DNA of 64,000 bases, from contig NMRA01000588.1 in the NCBI GenBank assembly GCA_002633005.1, forward strand, positions 124,001 to 188,000, given 5' to 3'. The translations under genes were made by a program, and so were the position numbers. Position 1 is the stretch's first letter; each line of letters opens with the position of its first letter. A model generated the notes under the pieces. That model saw only the letters and a program-made list of their open reading frames with translations. It was not told the DNA's origin and made no database searches. Positions 39,367 to 51,300 of the stretch are shown here, piece by piece. The DNA is from Phoronis australis (Eukaryota; Animalia; Phoronida).

Positions 39367-42300
39367 GTAAGAATCGTAACCTGATTGCAGCTAACATTCT
39401 TGAGACTAGTTTACTTAGGCGGGAGGTCACAGGTGGTATGTGATTGCTAGTTGACTAAAAAGCCCTCTGTGTTTGTTCTTTTGAGTAAATGCTCTTATCA
39501 GCTACAAACTAGCAAGCTACTGCCAGTTAACCATTAAATGAATATTCTCAAAGCATTAAGGAGGAAATGGGCTGTATTTAGTGCAGTGCAATGAGATGTG
39601 AAAACCTGGAAAAACCTGGGAGGTTGTTCTAGTTTGGGTTGAACAAGAAACTAAAATTCAACCTTTTGTATTGCTGTACATTCCTCGTGTTTGTTGGATA
39701 GCTTGATATTCAGTTGTTGGATGTGCATGTTTAGGTGTCCATTATTTGGATAGGCTTTTCTTGAAATAATGAAAAAGTTCTCTGACTCGTTATAGCTGGA
39801 TGTGTTATAGTAATGGTTGGCTGTCGATGCAGAAACTGGACTATCATACTGCTTGGGTTTTCCAAAATGTCCAACATCTCAACAAAGGCCATTTCCTTCC
39901 TGTTTATTGAAAAGAACGTCTACCGGCTGTCTGACAATTACTGGGAATATATTGTTTTCTTATGCACTAGTCTGTGTGTTGTCGTGATCAATATGTTTGC
40001 ACAATCCCATTTCACACTAATGGGCAATAATCTATATTAGCAGCGTGGCATTCAAGGTTACACACCAGGAGCAACATACTTGGAACGACATATAGTCTTT
40101 GTTTTAAAGCTATTTACTGACACAATCGGGACATTTTAGACTGCACAGGCTGATGTTATAATAAATTTTTATCAACGCCAGCCATTTGATCTATTTTCAG
40201 AGTCTAGAAGGATCAAGTGCAGATGAAATGGCTAGTTTGGTAAGATCTTTAATTGTTGTTCAATTTTTTGAAATTAATTAAATTTTTGTAGTATTCAGGG
40301 TTCTTCGGTAATAATCCATAGATGGTGCAAATTGTTGTCTCCTAATTTTGTTTTCTGCCAATTCAAGCCAACAGTCACTCATTATGGTCAGTAAAAGTCA
40401 CCCACTAAGTAATTGAGTTACTGTGCAAAAGCATCCAGTGGTGAAAAAGAAGACTTTTCCATACTTTAAAGATAGCCTATGTAAATGGGGGAGAAACCAG
40501 CAATTCTTTTGTTTTGTTGAATTAACCAATACTCAACTCTTAAATACTGCTGACGGGCTATTGGAGGGCTTTTCATCAAACCAAATCAAATTTCCTTGGC
40601 ATATTTACGACACCGCAAATGGTCTTACCGGTTACATTTGTCATGTTTTTACTTTTCTCTAACATCAACGAATCAAGTCGTGTGCCGTCTTGTAATCTCA
40701 GTTTTTGACCTCATGACATCATGTAGTGACCCGAATGCCAGCTAACCAGCCAAGTGAATGCTACAGTTCACGAGCTCACATAAATGCAAACGATGGAGTG
40801 ACAAGCGGATAGTAAAAAGTCCAATCTTAGAGAGAATAAGATCTTTAATTATTTTCACTGTAAAAAAATAAACAAAGTGCCACTATACAATCTTAGGTCT
40901 TCTTATCAGAAAAATGCTCACAGGTGTTTCAAACGTGGCTCAAGATTTTTGAACACAGCGCAGAACTTTTCAAATATAGCAGGATACTTTCAAGCGTGGC
41001 TCTGAACTTTTCAAACTTGTGCTGCACCATTTGTGAATACATACAGGGTGAATGCTGGGAATTAGTTTATGATAAGCATTGCTTCGTCAGGAATTTGCTA
41101 TGTCATGATTGCAGTTTGGTATTACTGATAGAAATAAGAAAGTACTACAAGTATAACTACCGTATTCGCCGTAATAACCGCCCAGGGCATGGGCGGTTAT
41201 TACGGCGAATACGGTATTTGAGGAAATGTGTGTGATGTTATATTACTTGTGTCGGATGAATATACACTTTTAATGACTCAGTGATGTGAGGTGTGTGTGT
41301 GCAGCTGTGTCATTACACTATTTAATGTTATGTAGGACCCTAGAATAATGCCCAAAATTGGCCAACCCCATATCATTTTTCAGAAATGGTGGTTGAGACC
41401 AACCTAATTGGATACAATGTTTGTCAAACCCTGTGTGTTGTTACCGTGTATATTACTACATACGACCAATTTTTGGCCTAGCTACGGATTTCCTTCAGCT
41501 TCTGTAATGGATTTTGTGGTGCTTGAGATTTTTCACAAACGTTAAGCCATGCTGACGTATGCATCAAAGATTAATCTCTCACCTCCACTGTGGTGGCTCA
41601 CCACTGACGATGAGTCGTTAAAATATTCAAAATTTCAAATATAATGAAAGTGTCCTACAGTACTGTTTTACATTTAGCTGACAAACTACCTGTATCCATC
41701 CAGAGCACAGTAATTCTTTCAGTGACAAGTTTTTGTATTTGGTTGATGTTTGGTTGTTGTAAAGACATGTACTTTATCACTGTCGCACTGTGGTGACTTG
41801 CATATCATTGTAGGAACGAGACGAAGCAGCAGACAGAACGGCAGAACTTCGTAAAGCCGTCGACCGAATCACGGAGCTGGAGGAGACTTTACACGGTAAA
41901 CAGGCGGCGCTGGACAGCTTGATCCAGGAGAACGACCAGCTGAAAAGCAAGGTGGGTGGTAAACAGGGATTGCTTCCATTGTGGAAGTGTTGAGGACAAG
42001 TTGAAAAAAATGGCAAAACAGGTTTAAATCAAGGCGAGCACCTGCAAACTATTTTAGAAAGGAAATTACGATTACATTCACGTTGTCATGCATACATATT
42101 TCGTCAGATGTGATGCTCAGTTTTGGTCGTTATTAAGAGAATCATCAATGATAGTGTGTAACTACTTGATGGTTAAGAATATGTAGGACCTTACCAACAA
42201 GACTGCATTGAGCCAAATATCTATAGAGCTATGGAATGAATTGAATGCAGAGTAGAAATTCTGTAATTTTTTATTTTGTCTTTACACCAGTTTGCCATTA

Positions 42301-45300
42301 AATTAGGTCATGCTTTTTAGTAAATCTTATTAAAAAAATAAAGGTACATTCACAACAAAACAGCAGGATCAGTATCATGGGCAAATTTTGTATGATATGA
42401 ATTTTCAAGATAACATTTCAAAACCACTGCTACGATTTTCTAAATTATCGTTTCGTTTTATGCAACTTCAATTTTTGTTTCCTAAAAATCATATAAAAAA
42501 GTCCCTTTTTTGAATGCCCCTTATTCAAAACCAACAGTCTTAATTTTGATTTTATTTTTGTTTCTTAATTAGCTATTAAAACAACAGCTTTAATTATGGT
42601 ATGTTGTTTTTGATTGTTACTCCTTCAATATACTAGTGAACAACATGTACTAATTATATATTGATCAAAATGTGTTTTTTGCAGATGGAGACTGAAAATG
42701 CCCCTTCTGTTGAGGAATATGTGACCAAGGTATGATGTCCACCTACACAGTGTTGTGATCTGAGTACTCTGGCACATTGTGGTCAAGATTAAGTTTGAGT
42801 AACTTGTATTATGTGAAATTTTTGTTCAAGTGGTCTACACAACTGAGTTCTTCAGATGTATTCTATGTGCTTGGAAGTGACTGCTGGAGGGGTTGCTTGT
42901 ATCTTCTGTGAAGATGTTAAGTGGGTGGAGTTTAGAGTTTGCCTCCCTGATTAAGTAATTCAGATTTTGTTGCAAAACCAGTTTTGGGGCCTGTTTCCTG
43001 AAACTTTTTCTGTCTTAACTTAGACCGAATTCTGATTAGCCCCCTTTCATGAAATTTCTCAAGACCAAAATTGGTTTAAGCTAAGACCGAAGGTTAGCCT
43101 GCTTTGGAGTAGGCCTAAGATTAGAGTTGAAAATTTACGACTATCATCACTGTAAACTGTTGAGGAACATATGTTGCTGGTGTATTTCACATTCTAATGT
43201 CCTTAAATAGTGTCAAATTCAAGACTCCCTGCTTCTGATTCGAAAGCCGTCAAAGCGGCATAGACTCATAAAGAAAATGCAGTGAGACTTACTTGTACAT
43301 GTGAAATATTTTCCAATCATACCAGCGTCTGCACCGTAAGCAACATCCCAATTGTATCCAAAATGTTTTTAATAAATCACCATTTGGCATTCCAAGACGA
43401 AAACTAATCTTGCAACAGGTGGTGAAACCATAGTTTGAATGCTCACCTATCTCAAAACCTGAATTAATTTTGGTCGAAGTTAAGACCGAAGACCAAAAAC
43501 AGACTTTCTGTTCGCGAAATGGTCTTTTGCCATCAGTTTAAACTTAGCCCGATTTTTGGTCTTAACTAAGACAAATTTTTGGTCTTAAGGTGCAAGTCTT
43601 AAGTCACTGTTCATGAAGCGGGCCCCTGGCTGAAACCCCAAAACTGAGACCTGTCTAAGGTTGTTACTATCATTACACTGTTGTAGATTGAAGGCTTCCA
43701 ACAGGCTGTTGCTGCTCGTGACCAAGCTCTGGTACAGAGAGATGAGGTCATCAGGCAGCTGTCTGAGCGACTTCAGCAAGACTCTGCTGGCCAGACGGCG
43801 GAGACGTCGCAGACCCAGCAATTGTCTCAGCAGGTGCAGGCCCTCCACCAACAACTGGAACAGGTAGGGCGTGGCAGAGTGTGTTGGCGGGAAAGTCATG
43901 TTTAGCTTGTCGACTTTTTGCAACTTTTGATAATGTAGTGATAGGAATAATTTGTAATAGACGACTGGGAAAATGATAAAAAAACCCACACGTGGAGTGC
44001 TGTTCTTATTAAAAAGGTCACCGAATTTGATGTTGCTATACGTACTTGGACTTTTGAAAACTTTTTCAACATAAATTCATTAGAATATAGAATATAGATT
44101 CAGAACCATAAATGGTGTCTGTGCTTTTGTTTGGTGTGGTGCTTAAAGATGTTTGCCTGGTCATGCTCACTGTAATCCATTAGCTACAAACTGCACTGAG
44201 ATAATCCAACGTCAATGTTGATGTAGTGTAGCTTAACACGTTATGAGAGGAACCAATGACCCATTCATCCTACTACTTGTTGGTTTTGGAGCAGTGGGGG
44301 CTTGTCTGGGTTTGAATTTATAGAACCTCCAGTGAAATTGCATTCATGTCAATGTCATGAATATGTAAGCCAATTGAATGCTATAGATATCTTTGATAAC
44401 ATGTTTCTGCACGACTATAGTTTCTGTTTAACAATTCTATAAGTGGCAACTGTGAACTTGCTTGAGCCTTTCGTGGTCTCATTTCCCGAGCCCGTTTCAA
44501 AATTGGCCAATCCGCGCTCGTGACAGGAAGGTACAGAGTCGAAGTAGGCTGCGACTGACTACACGTCAAGGTGAATATCAGACGTTATGCTTTGTTGAGC
44601 TTCGCTAGTGTACTACCCTGCAAAGCTCTTGTGTGTATTTGTCCCCCTTGAAAATCTGGTTGTGAGCTTTAACAAATTTTTTTACTTCCCAACTGAGTTC
44701 GTTGTTAGATATTGCGCAAGTAGTGTACAAACCGCTTGTAACTTTTAAGTATTTTTCTAATTTTCGCTTTAACTACAACACATGGAGGCAAAGTTTGTCT
44801 TCAACTAATCTTGTTCATGACCCATTTACTACACATTTGTAGATAAATATAAATCCTACTTTTGATCGGGTGTTCAGTGTATGTGTCAAATCTTTTGTCC
44901 AAATGTTATTGTCCGTGTTGCCTTTAAGTTCCACAGCCTTTAGCTCCTTCCATACTGTCAAGAGCTTTGTTAGTAGTCCTCGTACCCTGTCCCCCATCAC
45001 TGGCTCACGGGGTTACTTTGCCTGTGTCCCTGGTCAAGTTTTACAGTTGCCCCTTGTAGCCACTGGGGGTAGGGGTGTGTAAAGCGATGTTTGTAACTTT
45101 GTGTGTTCCTGTGTGTTGAAAGTGTACTTAAATCTTGTTTGTTATAGAGTGTGTACGTAGAGTTGTTTTTGTCAACACAGTTTATGTCAACAGTATTAAT
45201 GAATTTCTTTAACCTGGTACATATTAATATATTCCTGTTAATATACCATTAGACGTCGTTTATATTGAAGCTACCGATTTCGCATGCCACATTTTAAAAT

Positions 45301-48300
45301 TTTTTTCAGGCTGACATTTTGTTGCGTAAGCAAACCACTGAGTATGACTTGTGTGCTCAGACACTTCAGCGAGCTCGGGACGAGATACTGTCACTGAAGC
45401 AAACTGTCCAAGGAAAAGATGTGACATTGGAAAAGCTTGCACACAAAAATTCTGAACTCGCTGAGCAGATCCACGAGCTGAGAAATGACAATAAGACTTT
45501 GTCGGAGCGCGAGAAAGAATCGACCGATGTCGTGCGCAAGCTAATGAGTGACGTAGAGGCACTTCAGAAGTCGGGCAGCAAGCGGAGCTATGTGCCGCCA
45601 TCGTCAAGTAACCACATGGTTGATGCCGAGGCCCAGTTGGCGGCGCTACGTGCGGAGCTCGAGGAAGTACATGGTGAACAGATTGTGATGATTAAACAGC
45701 AAATGGAGGAAATGAAGAGACAGGCCGTGGAGCAGCTGCAGAGAGAAAATCAGGTGTTGACAAAACAGGTGAGTAACACATGGTTTACATGTTGCAGATG
45801 TGTGGATCCTACATCATGTGAATCTGAAAAATAACAAAAAATATTTTCCATGCGTGGAAAAGTCTTTGGAAATTTAAAATTGCAAAAACTGATGTAAATT
45901 TCATAAGAGCAATGAAAAACTGGCATTTTGGGAATTTGTTTATTTATTATTATATTTACAATGAGGGTAGCCCCATCAGTTGTCACTGCTTTCCATGGGA
46001 GCCCTCAGTAAAAACATACACAGACAGTAAGACAAACAGAATCACAAAATGAAAGACAAGATTTGATGAATGAGAAAGTAACATGGGAATACTGATGAAA
46101 CAAAAATAATTAATAAAAAACAATAAATAGAAGATATCAATAATTCTGACACAGACAATCAGCAAAAATTACTCTTCGTTGACTTTGTGTAAGAAAAACA
46201 AGTTGTGAAAAGTAACATCCCCGACAATGCCTGGAAAATGCATACAAAAGGAAATAACAGTGCGAATGATAACTATAAAATAAGCTTTGAACTCTCGTTT
46301 GTTTGTTGAATACTAAGAAGCTTTGATGGTACGCAGAGTTATTCGCTCTCTTGATGGGACATTCTCAGTGAGAAAATTTAGTTTGCAGAAATTAGCAGAA
46401 GCTTGAAGCAGTCTAACATTCTACCACTGAAATTATTCCCACAAATTCAACAGCAGAGTATTTTATGCATGTTGAAAGTGTAAAGACATTGCTATTGACT
46501 TCGGCAAATGTCTGCCAGACATTGGCAAGAGTAGCAAAAACTCTGCAGATTTTGTTGTATAGTTGTGGTCAATGATAATAACTCCAAGAAGTCTATCCCT
46601 ATCAACAATTATTCCATAACTTTATTTTTGGACTGCTAAAGTGATAACGACCCTTTAACTGAAATGTTTGTAAACTTGTTCATGTTGTCTGGTGTTTGTA
46701 GGTGAAGGACTGGGAGAACTGGTATGTGCAAATACAAGAACAGCTGCACCATATGCAACAGCTGGCGACGAGGGTGGAGGCATTGTCGGCACAGAACCAC
46801 GCGCTTCAGGTTGAGCTGGAGAATCTGCGCAGTCGTGACTCTGGTGCTGTCGACTTGAATAAGGTTGAGGAGCTGCAGGCCGAAAATGACCGTTTACTCA
46901 AGGACTTGAGGGAAAGTGAAATATCTAGGGATAGTTTAACTCAGACTGTTAATAAATTGAAGTCTCAGGTTGAGGAGCCTTTGCCCTCTCGGACATCTGA
47001 TAACATCGAAATTGAGAGGATACGGGATGAAAATCGTCAATTAGCTTTAAGGTTAAAGGAGAGCGAGGAAGGAAAAGAGACTTTTGTTTCAAAAGTTTTT
47101 GACTTGGAGTCGCAGCTTGAAAAAATTAAGTCGGAGAAATCTGTCAAAACTAATAGTGAACATCTTATTAATAGCGGTCAGATAGAAAATAACGTTAGGA
47201 ATGTCGCTGTTCAGGGTATTGTGAACGACGTCGGCAACTTTGATGCAGTCATAGCTGAGCAGAATCTAAGTGCACAGTTAAAACAAAGTGAGAAGTTGAA
47301 TGAACAATTGCACAAACGTGTGGATGAATTAAAAATCCGGCTTGGAGAATTACGGACTCATTATGAGAATGAAGCTATTGAAAAGGAAACCATGCTCAAA
47401 ACAGAATTTGATGAACAGAGGCTTCAGTGGGAAATGGAGAATGAACGTAATATGTCTAGTCTGAGGACACAGTTGAGCGAATTGAAAAATCAGCATGAAA
47501 AGGAATTAGATAAAAAGGAGGCAGAGTTGCATGAAAGCTTAACGTTGAACTCACACTTGAAAAATCGAGTGAATGAGTTGAACTCGAGGCTTGAACAGGA
47601 GAATGGTGCTGAAAGTCAGCATGTTTTGGACGTTCAGCGCATTGATAAGTTGCTGGAGGAGAGAGATCATCTGAACGCGCAGTTAAGACATGCCAACCTA
47701 GTGAACTCTAAGCTAAGTGTGTCTGTGGAAGAGTACAAGGCCCAAGTTGATGATATGACCAACCGATGTCAGACTGTTGATGATGACTTGATCAAGGAGC
47801 TACAGAACAACAACTCTGCTTTGGAGACACAATTGGAACTCAAAACTAATGAAAATGAGGAGCTCAAAAAATCTCTTGAAATGCTCGAGTCTGAGAAAGA
47901 TGCTCTCAAATCTGACCTCTGGCAGTGCAATGCCGAGATTGGACGTTTAAACAGTGTCATAGAGTCTTTGAATGCTCAGTTAGGTGTTGAGACTTTGTCA
48001 TCACCGGCTGGTGAGCCATCATCTGCAGAATTTTTTCCTAGTCCTCTCATGTCGCCGGTTGAAAAACGAAAACCTGGCTTTCCTCCTTTGGATGCCAGTG
48101 AGTCAGCAGACCAGAACCAATTGATGGGCTCACACGTGCAAGAGAAGGCGTTGGAGAATGAAGAAGAAAACGACATGGCCGAGTTGCAACACAATCTAGT
48201 CGAAGCGGAAAGAAACCTAGAGGAACTGACCGAAGATGAAACGGATGATGATGATGAAACTGTGTCTGAACTACACAGACACTACCGGTGGGAGATAGCG

Positions 48301-51300
48301 AACTTAAAGGAACACTACGAGGTTTGTTTTTTAACCACACACAAGTTTCTGACTTAAGGTAACAAGTACCCCTCATTAAAATGTTGTCTTGAAATATCTA
48401 AGTAACTTGCTATCGTGAACCCATAAAAGTATATATTTTGTGAAACTAAGAGTTGAGACAAATCTATTCCTGTCATTCACAACACTGTGCCATTCCTGTG
48501 GTCATGTGATCATGCATTTATGGCAAAAATGTCATTTTTGAAAGATACATTGATTGGGAAAAGTCCTTTCATCGACATTCATCAGAGTTTCTCTAATACA
48601 ACTTTGATAAAAATGCTCTAGGACCTTATCTGGTGACAATTCCAAAAGCGATGTTTTTCTCTTGAAAACAAATGTTTGAAAATCATGTTTATTTTACTGC
48701 ATGCACAGATCGTATTTTTAAAAGTCGCATTTTTGTGAAATAGGGGTACACGTAACCTTAAGCTAAATATTCAATATTAAATAAGGCACTTGAACCTGCA
48801 TAATGTATCTTTTCCAGTATTTTGGAGAGCTTTTACACTGTGCAGTTTGGTAGCTGATCTTCAAAATAATGTAGACGGCTGAGTAGTTAAGTGATATAGA
48901 AACATCTTATCCTATAGGGGTTGTGAAGTTTGCCTTTTGTTTAACTGGAAAAGAATGAAAATATTGTTTGTCTAGTTTCACTCGCCTCTGTACCTTGTAA
49001 CAATTCTTCTCTCAAACACATAGTCTTAAAATCTGATAAGGTGAGTTGTGTACAAGTACCTTGAGTGCGAGTTGTTGGAACTGAAGCTTGATAGGTGCTT
49101 AATTTATAAGTAGAGGAGGAATTTTGATGTTGACTGTGTGCCCTACTGTTGTGTATTTCGCGAATTGTACAGTTGCTCTGTGTATTAAACCTCGATTACA
49201 AGGTTCGATTTTGTCAATTAGAACTCGATGAACTCGATATTAAAAGCGGTGCACCTCGTCAGATTTTCAACATCCCATTTCTGTATTCCAATGATGGACT
49301 TTTGTTTCAGGAGACGATGGCTTTCGAATTGCGCACACAGAAACTGAATTTGACTGATGAATATGAAAGTAAAATGGCAAAGTTCAAGGAGCAGAAGGAG
49401 TTGGAACTGTCAAGTAAATTACAAGCTGCAAAGGTGTGTTGTGAAAGGTTGTGTGACAGGATGAGACCACGGTGGTCTTTGTGAATTTCCATTGATTGCT
49501 TTGGTTTTGTCAACCTGCCTTGTGTTTATGAAATGCATCACTGATTCAGTGGTTTTAGCAGCAGGGTTCAACGTAAATGCACCATCGTTTCATGAATCAG
49601 CTTTGAGAGCACCCAAGTTATTTGTGTTCTACTTTAGTCATCTGTTTAGACCAATTATCTTTGGAGGTGTTTGTGGTGGTTTTGTTGTCCATTTTGAAAG
49701 TGAAAGTAACCATTTTTATGTTACCTTTGGTAAAAATCCACCTAGCTATCTTGCAAAGACTTTTTCCACGTAAATTACTGCCATTTCATCATCGTTTGTC
49801 ATGCTATAATTGCTGTATAGTGCAACCGCCATTTACTGTCTAAGTTGTCTTTTTGTTCAAGTTCTATACAGCTTTCCTGCACTTAAATTGGAAGTGTAAG
49901 AATGGTACTTAACTACAATTCTTCTCTTTGCTAGCTTGAAAATGAGCAACGGTTCGTAGAAGAAATGAGGAAGGTGAAAGCGGATCTTAACAAAAAGAGT
50001 GAGGTGATTGTGGGGGAGCTGCAGGCACAAAATGAGGAACTGACTCTGGCCCGTGATGTGCTCCTACAGGATAGGTCTGTCACTGAGGACAGCATGCTGT
50101 GTGCTGGGGATGAGCTAGTTGGCGAGAGCGCCTCTGTGGATTCGCTGGTAAGCACATTGTATGAAAAAGATTAATCACAATAAGAACGTTTTATCATCAA
50201 GTTGCTTGATTTGATCAATTTTGATGGACATTGCTTCCCTGGCTGTCTTTCACTGGGAGTGATTGTCCATTTGGTCACTAGAACTCCTTTCTCTATTGTG
50301 ACCAGTCTACCTATTCTTCTTAAGTTATGTGGTGTGCAACTGAGAGGTGCTAAGGTGGCTATGGCCTGTTGCATGAAGCAGTCCCAAACAGGGACTCTAC
50401 TAAGTTTCCTAATCTAATGCGTGGTTGTGGACTTATGAAAACTCTGAATGTCCTTTGTTATGCTGTTATAGTTTCATTTTTAGCTTTGATACAAAGTGAA
50501 TTTAAAATGAATTCTACGTTGACTTCTCAATGCAGTTGAAAATAAGTAGGGATCTCGTCATGCAACATGCGAATTTAAAGACTAAGTTCCTATTTATTTT
50601 CAAGGAATTAAGAGCTCAGATTTAAGTTATTTTAGAAATGTCTTTAGTCAAAGAGGAGCTCATGATAAAAATAAAATGACAGAAAAAAGATTACTTTTGT
50701 GAGTAAAGAACGACACAAATACGCAAAAGATTTAGGGACCTTAGGTTCACCCCCAAATGACAAAAAGGTCTCTTCCATTAAAATTACTTATCAAAGCATT
50801 ATCATAGGTATTCGTTTTTGGCATCTAATATCTCCACTGTTTAAATTAAAATAAACACAAAACAGTTCCCTCAGTCCCAGACCATAGAATAAGTCTGCAA
50901 AATTTTCACGTGAATTGACGCATGCACTAAAGAGAAATCAGTGTTCAAAACTGCCATGCCAAAAATTCAGTATTCAATACTGTTGTGTCAAAATATGAAA
51001 AGATCCAAAAATGCTTTGTAACTGAAATCAAAGAAGTGTTCTCGCACTACTCTTTTATCGAGAACAGTTATGAGTACCAATGAAAATATAGAGCAGTATA
51101 AACATATATAGTATTGAATCTTAAAAATCCATGAATGGTTCGGGAATGGTTGAAAATTACCTCAGCTGGCAACCGAACTTGGGACACTCAAAACAGCTAA
51201 CTCATTATGATTATATCTTCCGTACTGAGCTTGACTGCTAGTCATATAAGGGAAGGAAGACCTCCATGCAGCAGTTACATCTTAGATTTTCTTGATAAAA

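Noticed and set aside
48217-48255. LEELTEDETDDDD as a third B56 motif
   Set aside because: LxxLxE arises often by chance in heptad repeats; not counted without conservation data
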